Of a stretch of DNA of 33,589 bases, positions 8,911-17,213 are shown in pieces. The notes under the pieces were generated by a model. That model was given only the letters and a program-made list of their open reading frames with translations. It was not told the DNA's origin and made no database searches. A program made the translations under genes and the position numbers. The number at the start of each line of letters is the position of its first letter. The first letter of the stretch is position 1. Source of the DNA: Candidatus Sigynarchaeum calidifontis (GTDB taxonomy: Archaea; Asgardarchaeota; Lokiarchaeia; Sigyniarchaeales; Sigyniarchaeaceae); assembly GCA_030587475.2 (NCBI GenBank), contig JAUQYZ020000038.1, positions 1 through 33,589 of the forward strand, read 5' to 3'.

Positions 8911-10356
8911 TCATAAGGATTGATGACGCACTAAGAACGACGCGACCACCAGGCCGATCAACAGCTTGTCGACGAAGATCGTGAAGACGAGTAACCATTC
9001 GGTGAACGCGAAGCCCAAGAATGGGCCATACGAACCACCACTGTATTCGCCGACGACGATGAGATGGAAGAGGAACAGCCCCGCACCGACCGAGAGCGTG
9101 ATGATCGCGGTTAAATATCCGGCTATATGCCATTTTCTTGTTTGTTGCTGCTTGAAAAACATGCCAACGAGGATCCACGTGAAAATCCCTGCCAGGAAAA
9201 AACCACCGAATCCTATATAGGCCGAGATTAAATGAAGGTTTCTATAAGCGCTATCCTCTTGAAATAGGCCGGCCATGACCAAGCCGATCGACGTGAGTAA
9301 ATATAGTATGAACATGATAACAGCTAGGACCTTGTTTGTAGGACGCAGCAACTTGAGGAGAACGATATAATATGGTACAAGGCCGATCCCGGCAACCCAC
9401 AATGCCGCGGTGAAAAAATACCAGCCGTTTGGATTTTCAGCATACACGCCGAGAGTGCTCACGGTTTTATCAAGCATCGTAAACTCGTCTGGATACAATG
9501 CACGGGCTACAATGAGAAACACGAAGAATGCGACGATTACCCCTAGAAAATACAGGAGAAAACGGTTCCTCGGTTTGAGGGCGAGCGAACGGGCAATGTC
9601 AGACTCGGTCGGCGTGATACGAAGTCCTTGGCGATAGAGAACGGCGGAGATAGCTTGTAACACCGAACCAAACACGGTATCCCAAGCGAAATCCCCGAGC
9701 GAGATCTCCTTGATCTCCAGGGTCCAGATGAAGCCCATGTAAAACAAAATCGAGGCAAATATTATGCTGATGGACCGCCGGCGCAATTCACCAGTGGAAA
9801 CCCTCGCGATCTTAACATTCACTCCTATATTCATCAACAAGCCAATGATTACACCCAATATGGCAGCTAGCAAAATGATAAAAGAATATGTCGTCCACGT
9901 GAGCAAGGGGATGAATATCAGCATCACGCCAAGCGCGACGAGGAGCAAGTACTTCGTAATGATGATCTTGTTCCAGTTAAGCGTCAGTTCGAGAGGGTAT
10001 ACCTGGCCCGCGATGAGCAACATCAGGGATGAAATCCCAAGAAGGAAGATGGGCTTCACGAGGTTGTAGAGAAAGAGCACCGGGGCCATGATCACCTTGT
10101 CTCCATAACCCGGAAAATTGCCTCGAATCCAATCGGTCGGAAAAAGGTTGAAATAATCGCCCACTTCGGTAAAAGCATAGCCTACCTGGAAACCAAAGAG
10201 CACGAGAAAAAAGAACGCGTAACCGATAAAAAATTTGTTGATAAAACCGGCTGCTTTCGACTTCAAGAAATTGTTCCGGAAAAACCAGAACATGTAGAAA
10301 TATACCCCGATGAGACAAACCCGCGTGATAAGAACGATTTCGTTTTCAAAGGCCAT
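8911..10356 (-). CDS. 7TM membrane protein fused to a C-terminal DUF998/Frag1-like membrane domain
   Basis: The N-terminal ~248 aa align with 8104-8871. The C-terminal part has TVSTLG, GLFQED..LHLISA and TEWL motifs typical of the DUF998/Frag1 clan. Confidence 0.75.
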   Translation of the reverse strand: MAFENEIVLITRVCLIGVYFYMFWFFRNNFLKSKAAGFINKFFIGYAFFFLVLFGFQVGYAFTEVGDYFNLFPTDWIRGNFPGYGDKVIMAPVLFLYNLVKPIFLLGISSLMLLIAGQVYPLELTLNWNKIIITKYLLLVALGVMLIFIPLLTWTTYSFIILLAAILGVIIGLLMNIGVNVKIARVSTGELRRRSISIIFASILFYMGFIWTLEIKEISLGDFAWDTVFGSVLQAISAVLYRQGLRITPTESDIARSLALKPRNRFLLYFLGVIVAFFVFLIVARALYPDEFTMLDKTVSTLGVYAENPNGWYFFTAALWVAGIGLVPYYIVLLKLLRPTNKVLAVIMFILYLLTSIGLVMAGLFQEDSAYRNLHLISAYIGFGGFFLAGIFTWILVGMFFKQQQTRKWHIAGYLTAIITLSVGAGLFLFHLIVVGEYSGGSYGPFLGFAFTEWLLVFTIFVDKLLIGLVVASFLVRHQSL

Positions 10357-10465
10357 GTGATCTCACTTTATTGGATTTATTGGATTATTATCCGTTTGCA
10401 CGCTTAATTAGGGTATCTCTATGGCGAGTGAAATGATCGATAAATGAGCCTCTTTGCATCGATTT

Positions 10466-11983
10466 TTAAAAGAGATCGTAGAAGTTGAGGTGCTCCTTGC
10501 AAACAGGACACGTGCCCCGCATTTTTAACCATGCAACGAACTCGTCGAGATGGGCGAGTTTCAAGCAGACCGGACATTGAATTGCCGGGGTTTCCTTGCC
10601 GACACTCCCGCTCATTTTTGATTCCATCTTGTCGATGAGGCTCGTGATCTTGTCCGATTTCTCGCCAATATCGATTCCTTTCACGTTCTTTCCGACGATA
10701 TGGCGCACATCAACGACCTCTCCACATATGGAACACTTGTGGACTTGCGTGTTGCAGTTTGCACAGCGGTCTTGCTGCACCACGTCGACTGCCTGACCGC
10801 AATTCCGGCAATAATAATTTTGCTGGAACACGCTTGCCTTGCGAACGGGTAGATTGTAATTTCCCTTCAAGAACTGGATAAACTTGTCCTTCAACCGGGA
10901 GTGGTATTGCTTGTTGAAGGCAATGGTGAACACGAGAAAAAAACCGAAGACCAGCAGCACGAACCCGATAATGACGAGAAACCATGCGGGGTCAAGCTGC
11001 GAATCGATGATGACAATGCTCGTTATGATGATGTCCACGATCGCCAACAAGTGGAGAGCATCTTCCAACCACGAACCAACGTTCTTCACGATGCGATCCT
11101 TCTTGTCGAAGTAGTAAAGGTTTACTTCCATGGTGAGCAAGGGGGAGATGTATAGGAAGATAAGGACCAAGGGCAGTGATATGGCGAGGGAAACAAGCGT
11201 GATGTATGAAGCATTCCAAAACACTTTTTGCAAGTCTGGGATGACCACGAAGTTCTCCAGGATCAGGATCGCTATGCCGAGGACGAGTGTACTGCCGTAG
11301 CCGGCCCGCTTTATGCTTGCGCCGAAATTGGTCTTTTCATACTTGGCATTGTATTCCAGGAAGTAGAAATGCTGGCCATAAACGAGCTGGTGGAGTTTCA
11401 TGGTGAATTCAATGACGTGGATCCGCTTGTCGATGACCCACAAGATGAAATACGAGAAGACGAGTGTCCCTGGTACGAATATCCCCACGAGTAAAGGCAC
11501 GTAGGTATGCACCGCTGTCTCGAAAGTAGCAATGTTGATGAAAGGAACCGGTGTCGTCGTGGCCGGATCGAGGGCGATGAAATACATTGCATACAAGAGC
11601 AAGTAAAAGGCAATGAATGCGATAGCCGCGCAGATAGCAAGCCCGTAGAGTATCTCCTTTCGGGATTCGGTCATTTTGATCGGGATTTTTAACGTCTTCT
11701 TTTTTGGCAGAACAGAAGCCGTGTCGATGAACGATAGCTTCACGAGGTTCTTCTTAAGCTCGGTATTCCATATTTCCAGGTTCTGGCAGCGGAGACAGTG
11801 GTAAATGTAAATCGATTCAGATGATTGGATGCGGCTCAAAACCTGGAGCTTTTTTCGATCCCGGTCGTTGTTGACCTTCTCGATAAACGAAGAAACAAGC
11901 TTTTTACCCTCTGGGGAGGTCATCTTCACCCGTTCGACCTCATCATTGAAGCAAAGCGGGCAGAGAAGTTTTTTTTGACCCAT
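10466..11983 (-). CDS. Polytopic membrane protein with Zn-ribbons and a C-terminal RING-like domain (putative E3 ligase)
   Basis: N-terminal CPLC...CLRC; about 6 TM helices; CRNC...CANC; then CSIC-x49-CPVC-x4-H-x2-E-x3-W-x6-CPVC. Confidence 0.75.
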   Translation of the reverse strand: MGQKKLLCPLCFNDEVERVKMTSPEGKKLVSSFIEKVNNDRDRKKLQVLSRIQSSESIYIYHCLRCQNLEIWNTELKKNLVKLSFIDTASVLPKKKTLKIPIKMTESRKEILYGLAICAAIAFIAFYLLLYAMYFIALDPATTTPVPFINIATFETAVHTYVPLLVGIFVPGTLVFSYFILWVIDKRIHVIEFTMKLHQLVYGQHFYFLEYNAKYEKTNFGASIKRAGYGSTLVLGIAILILENFVVIPDLQKVFWNASYITLVSLAISLPLVLIFLYISPLLTMEVNLYYFDKKDRIVKNVGSWLEDALHLLAIVDIIITSIVIIDSQLDPAWFLVIIGFVLLVFGFFLVFTIAFNKQYHSRLKDKFIQFLKGNYNLPVRKASVFQQNYYCRNCGQAVDVVQQDRCANCNTQVHKCSICGEVVDVRHIVGKNVKGIDIGEKSDKITSLIDKMESKMSGSVGKETPAIQCPVCLKLAHLDEFVAWLKMRGTCPVCKEHLNFYDLF

Positions 11984-12109
11984 ATGGGCATACCACGCGA
12001 GAATTTCTGGATGGCGAGTAATAACAGTGCTCCTGCGGGCACTTGAAGCTGTTTTGACCTTTGATATGTCAACATGGCGGCTTTTATATCTTGTTTTGCA
12101 TTACCACGA

Positions 12110-13129
12110 CTAGTATCTTCCATCCACGAGAATCCGTTTCAACACGGGAGCCATGACTGAAACGTACCGGTGGAAGCCCAGGTCGTTCGCGTGGGTACCA
12201 TCCGCGGTACAATCCATGTCGTCTGGCCCGATCATATCCAATCCATCGACATAATGCACGTTCCGATCACCAGATCGAACTAGCAGATCATATGTTTCTT
12301 TTATCGCTTGGCGAACCTTGTCGCAAAGCCGGCGAAACTCCACATTCCACAGCGCTGCACCGATATGCTGCATGTTGTTTATCAAGATGGGCATCTTGGG
12401 ATGCCTGGCGCGGATCACGTTCAAGAACGCTGGATATCTCGACTGGATCAGCCCTTCCTCCACCGGCGCCGTGAGGTTCCCTCCTGCGTCCATCACCAGG
12501 CATGATGCATCGATCTGCGAGACAAGCTTTGCAACCTCCGGCTCGCACTTGCCGTTTCCCGAGAAACCCAGGTTGATGGTCTCTACATCGAGAAGACGAC
12601 CAATTTGGGCCGGGTACGCGAGGCCCGGCCGCGATGCATATGCCCCTTGCGTGATAGACGAGCCGTAGAACACGATTGGCTTTTCGATCGCGTGCGGAAC
12701 GGGTGGCTTGATGTCCTCATCGACACAGATAGATTTCAGTTCGATGGACGCGTACGTGGGCAAATAAATCGCATATTCGTGCGCCCGGCTGCTGTCTGTC
12801 TCCGCGACGCTGATGAAATAGCCATCGCGGGGCGGGATGAACGTGTGGATGTAGCGCCCGTCGGCATAAACGTCGATGCCACACTGCCCGGCTCGCGAGA
12901 ATTTCTCGTAGGCACGGGAGGGCTGCATAACGATCTCGATGCCGATCGACGCCGTGCGGGCCTTGAACCGGATGCAGCCACCCGCCGTGTTCGTTGCAAG
13001 AAACGCCACGTCCTTGCGCAACTGGCTGAACGACGAGGAGGGAAGCCGGACGAGCTCGTGATTCCCTTTCCCGAACCAGTAGAGCCCTTCAACATACCCT
13101 TCCAACTGATCGATGGTATATTCCACCAT
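12110..13129 (-). CDS. SGNH/GDSL hydrolase (GxDLY-type N-terminal domain), putative carbohydrate esterase
   Basis: GIDVY, YLPTY, FYGSSITQG, NLGFSGNG and DGTHANDLG. Confidence 0.88.
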   Translation of the reverse strand: MVEYTIDQLEGYVEGLYWFGKGNHELVRLPSSSFSQLRKDVAFLATNTAGGCIRFKARTASIGIEIVMQPSRAYEKFSRAGQCGIDVYADGRYIHTFIPPRDGYFISVAETDSSRAHEYAIYLPTYASIELKSICVDEDIKPPVPHAIEKPIVFYGSSITQGAYASRPGLAYPAQIGRLLDVETINLGFSGNGKCEPEVAKLVSQIDASCLVMDAGGNLTAPVEEGLIQSRYPAFLNVIRARHPKMPILINNMQHIGAALWNVEFRRLCDKVRQAIKETYDLLVRSGDRNVHYVDGLDMIGPDDMDCTADGTHANDLGFHRYVSVMAPVLKRILVDGRY

Positions 13130-13451
13130 TGCGACATCACGGATAACAAGGCATTATTGCTTTATCTTGGTTACACGGAATCCATTGGTAACACCGAGAA
13201 CAATGCGTTTTCTCACTAAATTCATGTGGCTTGCGAAACATTGCACGAAATAGTTATCCACGTTCGTGCCATGTGCGGACTCCATATAATAAGGGGTAGC
13301 GCAGCGGCAACAGAAGAGCAACCTGCCAATATTCCTCATAAGAACCATCTATGCAAATCAACCATCCCCGTGCACCATCGATGCACATATCGCTTTGCAA
13401 TACAATAGCGTAGACAATCGATACGGAGGGTGCGATGTGCTATGCTGCCGA

Positions 13452-14657
13452 TTAAACTTTGACCAAGAGGCTTACGATCAGAAATATCGCATAGAGAAAG
13501 AGAAACACGGATCCGAAAAACCGGCCGAGCGCGCGAGACGTGATCTTTCTATTAAAAATAGCGATGATAAACACGCCAACGATTATTGCGAGGGGGAGTA
13601 GGGTGAATATGATATGGTATGCGGAGGCGGTTTCCATAGCAATTTCTCTCGTGAACACGCCGAGCGAAATCGAGAGGAGGGGATCCACCACGTTCGAGCC
13701 GAGCAAGTTGCCGTAGGCAATCGTGTACCGCCGCTTGCGAACCGCGAGGAAAGAAACAACGAACTCGGGCAAGCCCGTTCCAAACCCAACGATGGTTGCC
13801 GCGATGACGTGTTCAGGCATGCCGAGGGAATGTGCAATGTTCACGCCACTTTCGACCATCCAATGGGCTCCAACGTAGCACAAGGATGTTCCCACGAGTA
13901 CCAAGATGATGTAGGAAAGGATCAACGTCCTCGATTTTTTTAATCGTAGCGGGACGATATCGAGCTTCCCTGTCGTTTCCTTCGCCTCGATTATCGCGCG
14001 CATCTCTTTGCGCGAGTGGACACCTTCGATCTCCTCGATCGATTCGGTCGCGACGATCTGCGCGACTTGCTTGGCCGGATTCTTTTTTGCCGATCTGTAA
14101 AGATAGGCCGTGTAAAGCACGAATACAGAAACCGAGATAATGGCCTCAAGGTACGTTAATTTGCCATCGATGATGTTGAACGACAAGAAACACAAGGCAA
14201 AGATCATGAGCCCGGCATCGCGCTTCACGTCGGGAACGAAGTACTTGTTGACCGTACGTGGAGCCCAAATGATGATAATGCCTAAGAACGCGGTGAGTTG
14301 CGTTATGTAAGAGCCATAAATGTCGCCAACGACGAACCCCCCAACCCCATTCGCGGATGACAAGATAGCAGTGAACATCTCGGGTATCGACGTCCCGATC
14401 GAGACGATCGTGAGACCGATGACCAGCTCGGATACGCCCGCAGCTTCTGCTAGCTTGACTGCAAATTCAAGGACGATGTTGCTTCCGGCGAGGAGGACAA
14501 GGAGCGAGCCCGCAAGCATGAAGATATTGGCGAGATTGTTGGAAATATCAACGTTGTATCCAAGAATCCAGCTCAAGAACATGATCGCCGCGCCAATGGC
14601 GATGACCTGGTACTCGCGGTAGTTCCTGCCCCCACCGTTTGTCGGTGGGTGCGACAA
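13452..14657 (-). CDS. Ca2+/cation (Na+) antiporter, CaCA/YrbG family
   Basis: Two alpha repeats: GLTIVSIGTSIPE..GDIYGS and ATIVGFGTGLPE..GNLLGSN. TTG start is uncertain. Confidence 0.88.
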   Translation of the reverse strand: MSHPPTNGGGRNYREYQVIAIGAAIMFLSWILGYNVDISNNLANIFMLAGSLLVLLAGSNIVLEFAVKLAEAAGVSELVIGLTIVSIGTSIPEMFTAILSSANGVGGFVVGDIYGSYITQLTAFLGIIIIWAPRTVNKYFVPDVKRDAGLMIFALCFLSFNIIDGKLTYLEAIISVSVFVLYTAYLYRSAKKNPAKQVAQIVATESIEEIEGVHSRKEMRAIIEAKETTGKLDIVPLRLKKSRTLILSYIILVLVGTSLCYVGAHWMVESGVNIAHSLGMPEHVIAATIVGFGTGLPEFVVSFLAVRKRRYTIAYGNLLGSNVVDPLLSISLGVFTREIAMETASAYHIIFTLLPLAIIVGVFIIAIFNRKITSRALGRFFGSVFLFLYAIFLIVSLLVKV

Positions 14658-14921
14658 GTTAGCTCGAGCTCGTCCATGTTGTAGTGATCAAATTGCGTAT
14701 ACCAAGGGAAACGAAGCGCATGATAGACTCGACACAAGTGGGGGAATTGATGCCGGTGGTGACGGGCGATTTTTAAGGCTTGTGGAAGAGATACCTCCGC
14801 ACCTAGTTCCCCTTGAACAGAATTAAAGCAGAGAAAAGGGCGTGTTGAAAATGAAGCACGATCTCTAGTCATTCAAGTCGATACGCTTCTCGTTTAAAAA
14901 AAAATTCACGAAATCCTTGCC

Positions 14922-16058
14922 TCAAATGGATTCCCATGCGTCTTCGAAGAACGGCCGTTCTTTCACCCACGTTTCCGTGAAACTCGTGTATTGTATATCG
15001 GTGACTCTTTGGGCCACGCCGTTCAAGGATATCACGTGTGATCGAGACCATGTGGCGTGCAATCTGCCGTCGGGGCCTTGCGAAAGTGTCGGGTAGCCGA
15101 AGCTCTCCGGTTCTGCATTTCCACCATCATCTTGATGCCATTCCAGCAAGTTCTTGCGATATGACCACGTCACCCCGTCATCTTCCGATAATGCCACGCT
15201 CAGCGGGTTCCGCGATTTTTGTTCGTTGCCGGGAGATGGTGCGTGGTTATAGATGATGGCGATGTTCCCGCTGGCCAGTCGCATCATGTGGAAGCCGCCT
15301 GCAGGGTTCGGCAAGACCCCGTTCGTCGCGGGAGTCCACGTGAACCCGCCGTCTGTGCTCGTCGATTCGAGCATCTTGCGCATCGGCTTGCCGTCGTTCC
15401 GGAAAAGCGCCAGGAGCGAGCCATCCCGCCGCTCGATCACGGTTGGCTGCTCGACTTGGCGCCCTTTCTTGGATTCATATCCCGCGGGAACGAGATCCGG
15501 GTGGAGATCGACGAAGCTCGATTGTCGCCACGTCTTCCCCTTGTCAGCAGAGATGAAAAAAACGCCCCGGAGGTACTTGAACTCGACGTAGGCGGGGAGC
15601 ACGTAGGTTCCCTTGGTCGTGAGTATGGGGGGATTCTTCACGCCGCGGGAAACGAACGGGTACACGTTTTTCTCGTCCTTCCAGGACCTTCCCCGGTCGG
15701 TGCTCGTCTTGTGCTTCGCGAACACGAAGCTCCAGCCCCAGCCCGCGTTGTAGAACAAGTGCAAGACCCCCGTGTCGGGAGCGACCCACAAAACCGGGTT
15801 CCCGTCGAAAAAAAACCTCGATTTCAAGCCCCACGCTTTCGGCTGCTCCCAGGTCTCTTGCCCGGGCAGCTTGCGAGAAATGTAGATTTCCTCGTCGATA
15901 TGTGCCTCTTTTACGGCCCAGTACCATGCAGCCACGAGCTCCCCGTCCGGGAAAGCGACGATGGTGCTACAATGCGCGTGGAGCAGCTTGCCGGCAACAG
16001 GTGTAGTGATCGTCTCGATCGAGATGCCGTTGGCTTGCTTGATCATGGGTTTTTTCAC
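14922..16058 (-). CDS. BNR/Asp-box beta-propeller, sialidase-like protein (paralog 1)
   Basis: Four Asp boxes (STDRGRSW, SADKGKTW, STDGGFTW, SEDDGVTW); HAHCST, RNPLSVA and GYPT; no signal peptide seen. Confidence 0.85.
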   Translation of the reverse strand: MKKPMIKQANGISIETITTPVAGKLLHAHCSTIVAFPDGELVAAWYWAVKEAHIDEEIYISRKLPGQETWEQPKAWGLKSRFFFDGNPVLWVAPDTGVLHLFYNAGWGWSFVFAKHKTSTDRGRSWKDEKNVYPFVSRGVKNPPILTTKGTYVLPAYVEFKYLRGVFFISADKGKTWRQSSFVDLHPDLVPAGYESKKGRQVEQPTVIERRDGSLLALFRNDGKPMRKMLESTSTDGGFTWTPATNGVLPNPAGGFHMMRLASGNIAIIYNHAPSPGNEQKSRNPLSVALSEDDGVTWSYRKNLLEWHQDDGGNAEPESFGYPTLSQGPDGRLHATWSRSHVISLNGVAQRVTDIQYTSFTETWVKERPFFEDAWESI

Positions 16059-16080
16059 GACGTGGTTTTAGCAATCGGAA

Positions 16081-17208
16081 TTATTCCTCCCAGGTCGACG
16101 AGAAAAACGGCTTTTGTTTTATCCAATCCTCCCTAAATGACGTGTACTTGATATCGCTAAAACTGGTCTTCTTGCCGTCGACCTCGGTCGTGTAGCTATA
16201 CGTCCACGTGGCATGGATCGTGCCGTCAGCGCCCTGGGTCATGGTCGGGTAACCCCCGATCCGCAGGTGCACGTCGTCGCCGCGCGCCTCCATGATGTTG
16301 CGCCGCCACTTCCACGACTGCCCGTCGTCGTCTGAAATGGCGATAGACAAGGGATTGCGCTCGAACCCGTGCCCTTCCTCGGGAACGGGCGCGTGGTTGT
16401 AGATCACGGCCAGGTTCCCCGATTGCAATCGTATCATATGAAAGCCCCCGCCAGGATTTGGCAGGATGTAGGGCTTGGCGGGAGACCACGTTTCGCCATT
16501 GTCCGTGCTCACGGTTTGATACATCTTCCCTACCGGCCGGGCTGCGCGCATGAGTGCCCAGAGTGTACCATCTTTGCGCTCGACAACGGTCGGCTGGAGC
16601 ACGAGCCGGCCCCATTTGCGTTTCCGGTTCTGGAGCACGACATCGGGCACCTCGTCATCCGGTATCTTGACCCGCCCGCGTTCTTTCCAGGTCTTGCCTT
16701 GGTCATCCGACAGGTAGAACACGCTGAAGTAATCGCGAAACTCGATGTAGGCGGGCAAGACATAACGTCCTGTTCTCGTGACGATGGGCGGGTTCTTGAT
16801 GCCGCGTGATATGAACCAGTAGAGTTTTTTTGGCGCTGACCATGAGTATCCGCGATCGTCGCTGTACACGCAGCGGGGATTGCAAGCTGCCCAGCCGCCC
16901 ATGGAATTCACGTAAAAGAGCCACAGCCGGCCATTGTCCGGGGCGATCCAGACCGCCGGGTTGCCCGTCATCATCCGCGGATGAGATATCATGATTTCTG
17001 GCTTCGTCCACTCCTTTTCCCCGGGCTTCTTTCGGCAAGCATATATTTTTTGCTTCCGGTTCGCCTCCTGGATGGCCCAGTAGAAAACCGCGAGCAGCTC
17101 GCCATCCGGGAATGCCACGATGCCCGAGCAATGGGCATGGTGCAGTTGTCCCGGTACCGGCGACGTGAGCGTTTCTACCTTCAACCCCTTCGCTGAAATG
17201 ATGGCCAT
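16081..17208 (-). CDS. BNR/Asp-box beta-propeller, sialidase-like protein (paralog 2)
   Basis: Four Asp boxes (SDDRGYSW, SDDQGKTW, STDNGETW, SDDDGQSW); collinear with paralog 1. Start set at ATG 17208 to avoid overlapping the upstream gene. Confidence 0.85.
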   Translation of the reverse strand: MAIISAKGLKVETLTSPVPGQLHHAHCSGIVAFPDGELLAVFYWAIQEANRKQKIYACRKKPGEKEWTKPEIMISHPRMMTGNPAVWIAPDNGRLWLFYVNSMGGWAACNPRCVYSDDRGYSWSAPKKLYWFISRGIKNPPIVTRTGRYVLPAYIEFRDYFSVFYLSDDQGKTWKERGRVKIPDDEVPDVVLQNRKRKWGRLVLQPTVVERKDGTLWALMRAARPVGKMYQTVSTDNGETWSPAKPYILPNPGGGFHMIRLQSGNLAVIYNHAPVPEEGHGFERNPLSIAISDDDGQSWKWRRNIMEARGDDVHLRIGGYPTMTQGADGTIHATWTYSYTTEVDGKKTSFSDIKYTSFREDWIKQKPFFSSTWEE

Positions 17209-17213
17209 GTCGT

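Noticed and set aside
8036-12100. Visibly more AT-rich stretch as a horizontally acquired island
   Set aside because: Adequately explained by Ile/Phe/Leu-rich membrane-protein codons; no mobility genes or boundary repeats. GC content was not computed.
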